This document shows positions 28,391-38,176 of a DNA stretch of 64,000 nt, one piece after another; within the stretch, counting starts at the first letter, position 1; each line of letters starts with the position of its first letter. The translations under genes were made by a program, and so were the position numbers. This DNA comes from Candidatus Bathyarchaeia archaeon (GTDB lineage Archaea > Thermoproteota > Bathyarchaeia > Bathyarchaeales > Bathycorpusculaceae). Below the pieces are notes generated by a model, which did not search any database, was not told the origin of the DNA, and saw only the letters and a list, made by a program, of their open reading frames with translations. The DNA lies in assembly GCA_050010755.1 (NCBI GenBank), contig JBEKKK010000001.1:512001-576000 (forward strand). The letters run 5' to 3'.

Positions 28391-31300
28391 TCAGCGAAGT
28401 TTCTTTCTCTGTTTGACAGCTGCGATGGCTATGGCGATTAAAGGTATCGCGAAGGCTATCGGTAGGATGTTAGGTTGAAACTCTGGAAGGAGCTGGGTGC
28501 CTTTGATAATTATCTGATGTTCTGAATGCGTGTAATTCAGGTAGATGAACACGTACTGGGCATTTTCTGTTATGCTGAATTCTCCCTGACTCAAAGTTCT
28601 TCCATCAAAGATGACGGTCCAATCGCTGAGTGCGCCAGCGTTGAGAAGGCTTCTAGGAACGGTCACGTTGCAGAACCCTGTGCTGCTGGTTGGCCCTCCG
28701 ACGTTGAAGGCTACTTGCAGGGCGTTGGGATCGAAGGCGAAGTTGGTCACGGTTGAGTTTGTCAGTATGGGCACGTTGTACGTTCCTCCTTGATAGCTGA
28801 CTTGTTGGTTGAAGGCCGTTAGAAACGTCAAGTCCTGGAGGCTGCTCAGAGACATGTTGTTCCACGTCATGGTTGTGCTGTCCAAGGATGTTTGGTCTGG
28901 AGCAGGTACGTCGGATGGTGCCGAGAGGAGAACGGTCTGGTTGCTGCTTGATTCTCCTGTGACTGTGACAGTGAATTTCTCAAAGTCAGTTGGCGGCGTA
29001 AGATCCGATGTTGTGCTCAGCCAACTCTTCAGTTTGAACGTTATCGAGTCAACATTGTCCGCTTGGGGTTTAAGAATCAACCCGCTGAAGTTCGCGTATG
29101 CCCAATCCTGGCCGAGTTCGAATTGAGCTTGGAAGTTGTCAATGTTTATATCAGTCTCGTTGAGCAATCGCAGTTCCCACGGTAACGTGGCACCCGGTGG
29201 CAAGCGTGCCGTGGCGTTGATCTCATCTATATAGATGCTCTTCTCTCGGTTGAGTTCGGCTTCGAAGTCACCTTGAATAGTCTCTGTGGAAGCGAACGTC
29301 ATCCTCCCGTTGACCAAGTCGAACGTCGTTGTCGAAGAGTTGACGGTCGTATAAGTCGTGTTGAGGTAGGACTCGTAAAGGTATTGCAAATAGCTGGAAT
29401 TTTGGGGCGCCAAGTCTGGCAGGATAGAAACTAGGTCGTTTTGTAGTTGACTGTCATTGCTTACGAGCCACGCGTTATAAGACGTTTCACCGTTCGCGCT
29501 AGAATAGGAAGCGTTTAATCCCGCGTCCTTCACGGCGTACGATGTCGCGTTGACGATCTTGAGCAACGCTGCCATCTGGGTTTCTGTCAAGACTGACGAC
29601 CAAGAAGTAGGCGTCGTGGGCGGCACTAACGTGATGAGGTTGTCATACAGTGTCTGTGAATCGCAGGTCAGATGCAAATTCACTTGGGCAATCTGCGACT
29701 CGTAATAATAGCTGAGTACTAGAGAAGCGTTTCTTACCGAAGCATCGGCAGATTCCAGCGTGGCGTGGACGAGTTGCTGCAGATAATCGTCTGTGTATCC
29801 TGACGGAAGCATTAGCGCGGCTAGGGCTCCCGTAAAATCGCCAGTGATCGTGCCGTTGTACATGACGTCTTGACCGAGCGTTGGGTCAGACCACGGGATC
29901 TGTGTTAGGTTCAAATAGTTGCATGTTGAGTAGCCTGAGGTTTCATTATAGAGCGAGTTAGGTCCTTGTCCTGTGAAGTTGGCATTCAGGTTAGCGACGA
30001 ACTGGTTGACGTTGGTCTCATTTACCTGTAGGTCATCGAAGCTTGAATACGTGACGTTCACGTTGCCGTTGAATTGGAGGCTGGTTCGGTTGCCGCTGAA
30101 GTTCACGGTCACGTCGCCAAACGGGAATCCTGCGATAGTGTGGAAGGTGATGTTTCCCTCCACCGTTGTTTCGTCGAAATTTGCGATAATCGTGGCGTCC
30201 GACATGTTGAACGGAAAAACTGTGTTTAGAGCGGTTGTCGGCAGGGTCGTTTGGCCGGTGATGTCTACGTTAAACAGTCCTCCTGAGTACGCGGCGTCAA
30301 GATTGAAGTCCGTGGTGTTGTAGGGGTAAACCGAAGCTTCTTCCTGGGGCAATGTTGTTGAGGCGCTTATTGTGTCGTCCTGGATTCCGTTCTCGTAAAC
30401 CTCGCTTGCATGAATCTCGGTTGCGTTTAGGCTCGAATAGGGGCTTCCTGAGAAAACAACAGTGCCGTTAGAAGTTTCGGTCGTCGTGTTTCCTGTCGTT
30501 TCGAAACCTATACTAGCGTTCATTGGGGGCACGTACGTGTTTTCCGGGTACATGTTCGTGAAATTGAGTGCTCCGTCCACAGCGACGGTGGCGTCGGGAT
30601 AGACTTTGAAGTTGACCTGTATCTTGTTCGAAGGAGCGTCGAAAAGCGTGTAGTTATATTGCATTGAGAGAGGCAGGTTGTCCAGCTCGTTTATGTTGCC
30701 ACCAGGGTAAGACAGGAGTATGGAGCTCACGTTCGTGGGATTAAAGTGGTAATAAGCAATTTCAGGGCCTGAAAAATTCAAGTAAGCCCAACAAATGCCT
30801 ATGCTAAAGTTTTCCTGCTCATACTCATAATCATCTACGATGTTTCCCCAGATTGTTTGTCCCTCTCCCAGCAAACCCATAGCGCTCACCCGGAACTGTC
30901 CAGCTACGGTTACATTGAATTCTATTCCGACTTCAAGATAATTGAAAAGACCGTCGTTGTCAGTGTCGACGCCTCGGTCCGAGATGCGCCCGGTCAGGAA
31001 TGCGTAAACATCGAATTCGGTGTAACGGTAGACCCTTGACAGGGCGACCCAAGATTTGACGTCCAAATACATACCGTTGTCGAGAGAGTAAAGAGAGATC
31101 TCGCCGATGTGTTGGATATTTACGCCAGAGCTAAAAATGGTGGGGCCGCTGAAGGTTACGTTCAGATACTGAATGCCCGTGTCGAGAAAGCCTTGTTGGT
31201 AACCGACGGGGCTTAGCGGGATGCTTTCGTTGATATATGCGCCAAAGAGGTTGGAAGCTAAGACTTCAAAGTTTCCGGCGACTGTCACGTTGATTTGAAC

Positions 31301-31477
31301 GTCGATTTCCAAGTAATCGTACAAACCGTTGCCGTTAGTGTCAACACCATGATCGAGAATGTTGCCCAGAGTTGCCTCAGGATACTGAGCAACAGCAGAT
31401 AACCTGTATGACATCGACAACGTTGAGATTAAAAGAAGAATAACTGCCACCATAGTCAAAAACTTTCGGCCTTCCAT
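28391..31477 (-). CDS. Large secreted surface (S-layer-like) glycoprotein with PEF-CTERM-like anchor
   Basis: Signal peptide, duplicated GVDT(N/D)xxGL(Y/F)xYLE..NVTVAG Ca-binding-like repeat, many NxS/T sequons, C-terminal PEF, TM and basic tail. Confidence 0.8.
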   Translation of the reverse strand: MEGRKFLTMVAVILLLISTLSMSYRLSAVAQYPEATLGNILDHGVDTNGNGLYDYLEIDVQINVTVAGNFEVLASNLFGAYINESIPLSPVGYQQGFLDTGIQYLNVTFSGPTIFSSGVNIQHIGEISLYSLDNGMYLDVKSWVALSRVYRYTEFDVYAFLTGRISDRGVDTDNDGLFNYLEVGIEFNVTVAGQFRVSAMGLLGEGQTIWGNIVDDYEYEQENFSIGICWAYLNFSGPEIAYYHFNPTNVSSILLSYPGGNINELDNLPLSMQYNYTLFDAPSNKIQVNFKVYPDATVAVDGALNFTNMYPENTYVPPMNASIGFETTGNTTTETSNGTVVFSGSPYSSLNATEIHASEVYENGIQDDTISASTTLPQEEASVYPYNTTDFNLDAAYSGGLFNVDITGQTTLPTTALNTVFPFNMSDATIIANFDETTVEGNITFHTIAGFPFGDVTVNFSGNRTSLQFNGNVNVTYSSFDDLQVNETNVNQFVANLNANFTGQGPNSLYNETSGYSTCNYLNLTQIPWSDPTLGQDVMYNGTITGDFTGALAALMLPSGYTDDYLQQLVHATLESADASVRNASLVLSYYYESQIAQVNLHLTCDSQTLYDNLITLVPPTTPTSWSSVLTETQMAALLKIVNATSYAVKDAGLNASYSSANGETSYNAWLVSNDSQLQNDLVSILPDLAPQNSSYLQYLYESYLNTTYTTVNSSTTTFDLVNGRMTFASTETIQGDFEAELNREKSIYIDEINATARLPPGATLPWELRLLNETDINIDNFQAQFELGQDWAYANFSGLILKPQADNVDSITFKLKSWLSTTSDLTPPTDFEKFTVTVTGESSSNQTVLLSAPSDVPAPDQTSLDSTTMTWNNMSLSSLQDLTFLTAFNQQVSYQGGTYNVPILTNSTVTNFAFDPNALQVAFNVGGPTSSTGFCNVTVPRSLLNAGALSDWTVIFDGRTLSQGEFSITENAQYVFIYLNYTHSEHQIIIKGTQLLPEFQPNILPIAFAIPLIAIAIAAVKQRKKLR

Positions 31478-31568
31478 CTTTCCCCGCCCTCTTCAATGCA
31501 ACTAGCTGTTATACTAACATGTTGTCAAGGCTTAAATAGTTTTCACGCAAGAACAACCGATTGGGGAA

Positions 31569-32753
31569 TTGCTGACGAGGCTACTCACGTTCTGTTTCAG
31601 AAATCTTCTTCGTAGGAGGATGAGAACGTTCCTTTGCATTCTGGGAGTGGCTATCGCGGCGACCTTTGTCGTTGCCATAGGCGCCACCAGCATGAGGTAC
31701 ACGACAGTCGTGCGACAGGTGAACGTGCTCTTCAATGGACAAGTGACCGTGGTGAGCAAGGACGCGATTGTAATCCAAGCTATTCCGGTAGGTGGCGGTA
31801 TGCTGCCGGAAGGTTCGACGGTGGAAAAAATATTTGCAGTTCCAGGTGTCAGTTCAGTCACTCCTATTCTTTTTCTCCTGCCAGTGGGCCCCCAAGGCGT
31901 TGTCCAAGCTCTGCCAGTAAATTTTACGATGGGCTTGCCTGTTGAGGATTGGTGGTCTATCCTTGGACCTGTGTCCATGAGGAAAAATGGGCAGCTTCCG
32001 GCTAATGATTCAAGCAGTGAAATCTGGGCTGGCGGCTCTATAGCAGATCAGTACGGATGGACCGTCGGCACGCTGATAGAGGTGAACGGTTACACTTTAC
32101 GCGTCTCGGGCGTTTTTGACACTAGCATGGCGCTGCTGGATCGTTGTCTGATTATGCCTCTTACGCTGATGCAAACTGTTTACAACTATCCTCAGTCTGT
32201 CAACATAATCGCAGTTAGACCAACGCCAGGCGTGCCGGAGCAAAACTTGACAACGGCCATAACGCAAAAGATAAGCTACGTTAATGCTTTGACAGAAACT
32301 GAGAGGAACGATATTGTTCAACCGGTCTTGGACCAGGTGCAAACTTGGACTGTAGGTATAGAAACTGTGGTTTTTGTCATAAGCCTAATCCTGGTGATGA
32401 CGGTCACCGTCATGAACGTGTCGGAGAGGCGACGCGACTTCGCGACTCTGGATGCGATGGGAGCTCCGACAAGCTACATGTTTCGAGTGGTCTTGATAGA
32501 AACGTTTTTCATCGGAGTCTTGGGCGGCATAATCGGAACAGCCTGCGGCTCCTTGACGGCAATAGTCTTGGCGAGTCTATACACAAGCATTCCTCTCGCC
32601 ATGTTCTTTCCAAGTATACTGAGTATCGTTCCGCCCTTTTACATGCTGGAGACGTTTTTGGCAATCGTGGCGGTCTGCTGCCTCGGCGGGATAGTGCCGG
32701 CTATAAACGCGACTAGAATGCACATAGCTGAAGCGTTGAGGGCGGAGTACTGA
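31569..32753 (+). CDS. ABC transporter permease, MacB/FtsX/LolE family
   Basis: RNLLRRRMRTFL..LGVAI, large extracellular domain, VSERRRDFATL.AMGA, EALRAE. Confidence 0.9.
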   Translation: MLTRLLTFCFRNLLRRRMRTFLCILGVAIAATFVVAIGATSMRYTTVVRQVNVLFNGQVTVVSKDAIVIQAIPVGGGMLPEGSTVEKIFAVPGVSSVTPILFLLPVGPQGVVQALPVNFTMGLPVEDWWSILGPVSMRKNGQLPANDSSSEIWAGGSIADQYGWTVGTLIEVNGYTLRVSGVFDTSMALLDRCLIMPLTLMQTVYNYPQSVNIIAVRPTPGVPEQNLTTAITQKISYVNALTETERNDIVQPVLDQVQTWTVGIETVVFVISLILVMTVTVMNVSERRRDFATLDAMGAPTSYMFRVVLIETFFIGVLGGIIGTACGSLTAIVLASLYTSIPLAMFFPSILSIVPPFYMLETFLAIVAVCCLGGIVPAINATRMHIAEALRAEY

Positions 32754-33427
32754 TGAGAATCAGAACAGTGAATCTTTCAAGATCGTTCCAGGTCGGCTCA
32801 TCTCAGATAGCGGCCGTGAGAGCGGTCAACCTCGAAATCAGCGACCCGAAACTCGTTGCGATAGTAGGTCCTTCGGGTTCAGGCAAATCGACACTGCTCA
32901 ACCTCATCGGCCTGAATGATTATCCAACGTCAGGACAGATTTTTGTCGACGACGTTGATGCTTCCCGGTTGAGCAATCGTGAACGTAGAAGGATCCGGAA
33001 TATGAACATGGGGTTTGTCTTTCAAACTTTTAACCTCTTTCCCACTCTCAGCGCCTTGGAGAACGTTGAATTACCCATGTCTCTAGCAAAGAGACCTCAA
33101 GGAGAGCAATCGGAAAGAGCGCTCAGGCTTCTTGAGACAATGGGGCTGGCGCAGAGAAGCAATCACAGGCCGAAACAGTTGAGCATGGGCGAGATGCAAC
33201 GTGTGGCCATCGCGAGGGCCCTTGCAAACAGTCCGGAAATAATCATGGCCGACGAACCTACTGGAGAGCTCGATTCAAAAACGGCTAAGGAAATAATCAG
33301 CCTACTAGTAGACGTAAACAAACGAGACAAGACCACAGTCGTCGTAGCAACGCATGACGAAAAAATAGTGGAAGCAGCAGAAGTTGTGTACACCATGCAA
33401 GATGGCGAGCTCAAGACAGAGGGTTAG
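32753..33427 (+). CDS. ABC transporter ATP-binding protein (LolD/MacB-like)
   Basis: GPSGSGKS, LSMGEMQRVAIARAL, ADEPTG, ATHD. Confidence 0.93.
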   Translation: MRIRTVNLSRSFQVGSSQIAAVRAVNLEISDPKLVAIVGPSGSGKSTLLNLIGLNDYPTSGQIFVDDVDASRLSNRERRRIRNMNMGFVFQTFNLFPTLSALENVELPMSLAKRPQGEQSERALRLLETMGLAQRSNHRPKQLSMGEMQRVAIARALANSPEIIMADEPTGELDSKTAKEIISLLVDVNKRDKTTVVVATHDEKIVEAAEVVYTMQDGELKTEG

Positions 33428-33817
33428 CGCCTAGCGTTTCTGAACTCTTTCTCTGGTCGTAATACGGCGCTAATTCGCGTTTTGATTTTTGCTAAGGGCA
33501 AGTCGGGGTTCTAGTGTGCGCTAACGGCCCCTCCACTCGGTCTACGATATGATCCAAATATGATTTTGGAGAAGAATACGAGATTTTAGATAGGCTTCTC
33601 GAAGGCTCACCTCGATTTCGCTATGTTCAAGCAGGACAAATTGAAAATAGAATTGGGCATTAGTTTTTTCTTGGCGACATTGTCCCTAACCCGTCTAGCG
33701 CAAGAGGGTTCTCTGAGGCTATTTGGGGGCAAAAAAGGTGTCCGAAGAGCCCTAAATCTATATATTAGTGAAGCTCAAGAATGGCTCTGTAGTAGTCGGG
33801 TTTAGGTTGGCTTGTAC

Positions 33818-34210
33818 ATGACTAAACCAGTTCATGTTGGTGAGTTGAGAGTCGGCGGGTACATGGTTATCGATGGCGAACCATGTCATATTGTTGATAT
33901 TGACAAGTCGAAGCCTGGGAAGCATGGGTCTGCAAAGGCTAGGATAACGGCTGTAGGTGTTTGGGATGGAGTTAAGAGGAGTTTCGTGAAGCCTGTTGAT
34001 CTCGGCGCGGAAGTGCCGATAATCGATAAGCGTAGTGGCCAGGTGTTTGCGGTGAACCCGAATGGCGTTCAAATCATGGACTTGGAGACTTACGAGTACT
34101 TTGATGCTCCTTTCCCGCAAGAAGAGGATTTGAAGGCAAAGATGGTGCCTGGCGTGGAAATAGAGTATTGGCGGATACTCGGAAAAATGAAGATTATGAG
34201 AGCAAAATAG
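33818..34210 (+). CDS. eif5a: Translation factor aIF5A
   Basis: SKPGKHGSAK hypusination motif. Confidence 0.95.
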   Translation: MTKPVHVGELRVGGYMVIDGEPCHIVDIDKSKPGKHGSAKARITAVGVWDGVKRSFVKPVDLGAEVPIIDKRSGQVFAVNPNGVQIMDLETYEYFDAPFPQEEDLKAKMVPGVEIEYWRILGKMKIMRAK

Positions 34211-34312
34211 ACTCAACCACTGAACCTATCAAGCGGCTTTGTTGGGATTCTGGTCCTCTCATGTGCGAAAGGCTCAAATGTGCGCTTTGCTTGTTGCAAG
34301 AGATGCTAAAAC

Positions 34313-35434
34313 ATGTCAAGTGGCAAGAGAATTTTTTCAGACTTTAAAGTGTTCAGTCGAGGATACTTGAGAAACAAATTCGGATTATTCTTCGGACTAG
34401 TTTTCCCAGTAATCTTAATCTTGATTTTCGGCGCAATCTTCTCAGGAAACAGCTCTGGAACAATCAACGTCTACGCCCAAAATCAAGACACGGGCCCATT
34501 CCCATCACCACAAATGAACATTGGGCTACAGTTTTTGAATTATGTCAACACTTCGAAGACGGTGAGGATCATTATGGTAGATGCTTCCGAGAACTTTTCT
34601 CAATACCTAGCGGCGCACTCGACCTCTGATGGCATTGTTATTCCTGCAAACTTCTCAGCCAGCTACTTGGCTGGGAACCAAATAAACGTGACAGTCTATG
34701 GCAATCCTACTTCAACCTCTAGCCAGATCGTGAGCGGGACGGTTGCTGGTATCATAAACTTTTTCAATTTGAACTATTACAAGCAGAACGCCTTGCCGAT
34801 TATTGGCATTGAACCTGCGACGGTGAACGCGCAGCAAACACAGTATATTGATTTCTTGATACCGGGCTTGATTGGTTTTTCGATACTTGTGAACCCAATG
34901 TTCTCGCTAGTTAACATTTCCTCAGAATACAAGAAAACAAAACTGTTCAAACAACTTTCGCTCACACCTCTGACCAAAATGGAATGGCTCGCCTCTAAGA
35001 TAATGTGGTATTTCGTCCTAACCGTAGCAAGCTTTCTGCTCATGGTTGCTGTAGGAGTCTTTGCGTTTGGCGCACACGTCACCCTCACGTTTGGACTTCT
35101 GCCCTTCCTAATTGTCGGTCCAACACTTTTCGCATCGCTAGGCATGCTCGTTGGAACAGTAACGAAGGACCCTGAAACCGCCGGCGTAATAGGCAACATA
35201 GTAACTTTCCCGATGATGTTCCTCTCAGGCACCTTCTTCCCTATCAGCATCATGCCCACATATCTTCAGAACATAGCACACGTTTTGCCACTGTTCTACG
35301 TTGTCGAGGGTTTAAACAACGTCATGGTCTATGGAAACTACACGGGAGCATTAATTGACATAGCCGTCGTCGCCATAATAGCAGTCGTCATCTTCGCGTT
35401 GGCAGTTAGATTCTTCAGGTGGAGAGAAGACTAA
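34313..35434 (+). CDS. ABC-2 type transporter permease
   Basis: FLIPGLIG, FPMMFLSGTFFP, LPLFY; no adjacent ATPase. Confidence 0.88.
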   Translation: MSSGKRIFSDFKVFSRGYLRNKFGLFFGLVFPVILILIFGAIFSGNSSGTINVYAQNQDTGPFPSPQMNIGLQFLNYVNTSKTVRIIMVDASENFSQYLAAHSTSDGIVIPANFSASYLAGNQINVTVYGNPTSTSSQIVSGTVAGIINFFNLNYYKQNALPIIGIEPATVNAQQTQYIDFLIPGLIGFSILVNPMFSLVNISSEYKKTKLFKQLSLTPLTKMEWLASKIMWYFVLTVASFLLMVAVGVFAFGAHVTLTFGLLPFLIVGPTLFASLGMLVGTVTKDPETAGVIGNIVTFPMMFLSGTFFPISIMPTYLQNIAHVLPLFYVVEGLNNVMVYGNYTGALIDIAVVAIIAVVIFALAVRFFRWRED

Positions 35435-35500
35435 GCTGCTTTTTCCTTTTTCAATGTGGAAATGATGTGACATTTTATAGGCCTGATTTTGGCCGAGCTT

Positions 35501-36697
35501 TTAAAGGAGAGATGTGAGTCCGAGTATTCCACCCGCAACTATGATGAGTGCGGCAGCCCAGAAAGCTGCTTTCTCATATTTCTTGTAATGATATCCATTC
35601 ATGACGTCATGATTTGTGACAAGCTTGCCCAGAAAATACAATGAGGGTATTAGGACTAAGGGAAAGATGAACATCATGTTAAGCATCAGTTGGATGTAAC
35701 CGGCTACGGTGGCTACGAGGATGAGGGCTGGAAGACTTTCGAAGGCGTATATTGTTAGAAAAGAAGCTCTTGACTTAGGTCCGGTTGCGCGTCCTGTGGC
35801 TTCAAGAACACCCCATGCTGAACCGAGGGAAACTACTACCAGGGCGAGAAAACCCGCAAAAAGGAAACCCATTCCGATCGTAGGCACAGCAAAGCTACCA
35901 AATACGGGCAGCGCCCTCGGCAAATCGCCAATGTCAATCAGACTTTTTCCGCTGAACACGTTTAACCCCACGATGACGAGTATGACCATAAGAATTTCCG
36001 AGACTATTGCCCCAATCAAAGTTTCCAGACGCTCATTTTTGAGGTCTTTAACTTGTTTCTTTCTGCGAGAATCTGCCCCCGAGTGAAAGTACAGCATCCA
36101 AGGCATTATGACCGCGCCCACGCTTGCGGCGAGGAGATAATCGAAGGACGGGGTGCCATACGGCTGCAATGGAGAAAGCCCTGTGAAAACGAACAAGTTC
36201 AGGTTGATATGAAAGACAAATGTTGAGCCTAAGATAGCTATCAACAGCAAGAAGCTCACTGGAATGAGCACTTTCTCTGCTTGGCCATACTGTCGGCCCG
36301 CCACGATCAACGTGTGTAAAATGAACACGATTATGAGGCCCAGGATGACAGGAAACCCTATCAAACTGAAACCGATAGCGATGCCGGCGTACTGGGCAAC
36401 GTACTCCAGAAAATCGCTTAGACCCATCGGGATTGCAGCCGTTATGGCTGCTCTGTTTCCAAAGTTCTTCCTTATTTGTTCTCCAAGTCCGCCGCCCGAA
36501 GCGATTCCCAAACGTCCTGCCGCATCTTGGATTATGAAAAGTGGAAATATCAGTACGAGCAGTACAAAGATCATTCGGTAACCCCAAGTGGCGCCGGCTT
36601 GAAGACCCGTTATAATGGAGGCCACGTCAACGTCGGCTATCATTACAATCCAAGCGGGTCCGAAATTCTTGAGCCAATCGCTAGCCCTTTGGTTCAC
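35501..36697 (-). CDS. Nramp-family divalent metal transporter
   Basis: GPAWIVMIADVD, AGATWGY, RLGIASGGGL, VGAVIMPW; multiple TMs; divergent from a DtxR gene. Confidence 0.85.
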   Translation of the reverse strand: MNQRASDWLKNFGPAWIVMIADVDVASIITGLQAGATWGYRMIFVLLVLIFPLFIIQDAAGRLGIASGGGLGEQIRKNFGNRAAITAAIPMGLSDFLEYVAQYAGIAIGFSLIGFPVILGLIIVFILHTLIVAGRQYGQAEKVLIPVSFLLLIAILGSTFVFHINLNLFVFTGLSPLQPYGTPSFDYLLAASVGAVIMPWMLYFHSGADSRRKKQVKDLKNERLETLIGAIVSEILMVILVIVGLNVFSGKSLIDIGDLPRALPVFGSFAVPTIGMGFLFAGFLALVVVSLGSAWGVLEATGRATGPKSRASFLTIYAFESLPALILVATVAGYIQLMLNMMFIFPLVLIPSLYFLGKLVTNHDVMNGYHYKKYEKAAFWAAALIIVAGGILGLTSLL

Positions 36698-36725
36698 GGT
36701 TTACGCCTCCTTGAAGCGAATACAC

Positions 36726-36775
36726 TTAGGCATACCTAACTCGGTTGCGGCATATAAACATTTAGGCAAGCCTAA
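36726..36775. promoter_or_regulatory. Two DtxR/MntR-type operators flanking the Nramp TATA box
   Basis: TTAGGCATACCTAA 36726-36739 and TTAGGCAAGCCTAA 36762-36775, either side of TTTATATG (-) 36751-36758. Confidence 0.85.
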
Positions 36776-36854
36776 GTAGGTTGTTCCAAGAAAGCCTATA
36801 AAGCCGTCAAGAGTTATATGAAATTCAGTAACTCACTGTTTGTGACCGATGTTA

Positions 36855-37268
36855 ATGGGCATCTCTGAGAGCATCGAGGAATACCTGGAGACACTCTGGG
36901 TGTCAGAGGAACGCGGGGAAAAACTGGCACACGTTACTTGGGTAGCGGACCATCTGGGAATATCTGCTCCAAGCGCGGTTGAAATGCTGAGAAAGCTGGA
37001 GAAAGAAGGCCTCGTAATTTACAAGGCAAGACGAGGAATCGAACTCACCGACAAGGGAAGAAAAATAGCTAAGAGAATTATCCGCGCTCATAGGCTGATT
37101 GAGGTATTGATGAAGGAAGCTCTCAAAACAGATATTCGAGAAGAAACCGTCTGTGGCATGGAGCACCACATGGACGAAGTGTTCATGGACGCGTTATGTA
37201 CGCTGTTAAACCACCCTAGAAAATGTCCCCATGGAGATAATATCCCCAAAGGCAAATGTTGCCCATAA
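36855..37268 (+). CDS. DtxR/MntR-family metal-dependent repressor
   Basis: EEYLETL, PSAVEML, HRLIE, CGMEHH, CPHG; no FeoA domain. Confidence 0.92.
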   Translation: MGISESIEEYLETLWVSEERGEKLAHVTWVADHLGISAPSAVEMLRKLEKEGLVIYKARRGIELTDKGRKIAKRIIRAHRLIEVLMKEALKTDIREETVCGMEHHMDEVFMDALCTLLNHPRKCPHGDNIPKGKCCP

Positions 37269-37357
37269 CAGTCATTCTGTAAAAGCAGAGCCAACGTCGG
37301 CTTCACAACGTTCAACACTAGACTAGACAAGAGATCCTTGGCGCAAGGCAGCGGCTT

Positions 37358-37564
37358 CTATTCCCACCATTTCCATTTGAGTGCGTTGAATATAGTGTAG
37401 AGAGCTAGCAGGATTATTCCCCAGCTCAGCGCGATTCCAGCGATTATCAGCAAACCGTTTGTTGTGCTGGCGTATATGATCCATCCGCTTATTCCGCACA
37501 GACCGACTAAAAGAAGAATGAAAATCCCGATGTGAATGGCTGTTTCTCCTGCCAGATTTCCCAC
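37358..37564 (-). CDS. Small two-TM membrane protein
   Basis: 68 aa, two hydrophobic segments. Confidence 0.55.
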   Translation of the reverse strand: MGNLAGETAIHIGIFILLLVGLCGISGWIIYASTTNGLLIIAGIALSWGIILLALYTIFNALKWKWWE

Positions 37565-37650
37565 CTGCCAGACTGTTCTAGTGCCTATCGTCTTTTGTTG
37601 TTAAAAGACTTTCGTCAATGTTTATTTCAACGGCTCACATTGCATAGTTT

Positions 37651-37711
37651 GAGGCCGATGATGCATGAAGAGCCGTCTGATTTGTGACGATATTTTAGGT
37701 GCTGAGGCTTC
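37651..37711 (+). ncRNA. Candidate box C/D 2'-O-methylation guide sRNA
   Basis: Terminal stem GAGGCC/GGCTTC; C ATGATGC 37658, D' CTGA 37677, C' GTGACGA 37684, D CTGA 37702; guides 12 and 11 nt; TATA-like TTTATTT at 37621. Confidence 0.6.
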
Positions 37712-37715
37712 ATTG

Positions 37716-38162
37716 TTATTTCTTGCGGCGAGTGCGCGTCAACATCTTGCGGGGCAACTTGATTTCCAGGATCCCTTTCTTGTGTTCAATTTTCATTTTG
37801 TCCATGTTGACGGCAACTGGAACGTGGATCCACGCATGGAATCTCTGGATGACGCCCTGCCTGTGAGTTATGCCCAGTTCTTTGAGGCGGATCTTCTTCT
37901 TCATTTCTGCGGATATTTCTAGGGAAGAGGTATCGACCGCTTCGACTTTGACGGTTTTCTTGTCTGCGTAGGGCAAGTCGACTGTTACTATTACCTCAGT
38001 GGGTTTTACCGTTATTTCGCGCAGGGGTTCTATCGCGCAGGTCTTCAGGTCCCAGCACGGTTTTTCGCTTAGAGTTTCTTTGATCTGGTCGGCCCATTTT
38101 TCCATTTCCTGGAAGTATTCGTCTATCATGTCAGAGACTGAGGCTCTCTTTCTGATGGACAG
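37716..38162 (-). CDS. Hsp20/alpha-crystallin small heat shock protein
   Basis: IEPL, VTVDLP, KGILEIKLP; start CTG 38162 (probable) or ATG 38129. Confidence 0.85.
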   Translation of the reverse strand: MSIRKRASVSDMIDEYFQEMEKWADQIKETLSEKPCWDLKTCAIEPLREITVKPTEVIVTVDLPYADKKTVKVEAVDTSSLEISAEMKKKIRLKELGITHRQGVIQRFHAWIHVPVAVNMDKMKIEHKKGILEIKLPRKMLTRTRRKK

Positions 38163-38176
38163 TTTTCATCTCCTCC

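Noticed and set aside
33424-33540. Hairpins after the ABC ATPase (TTAGCGCC/GGCGCTAA)
   Set aside because: No tRNA, H/ACA or C/D hallmarks; could be chance or terminator-related
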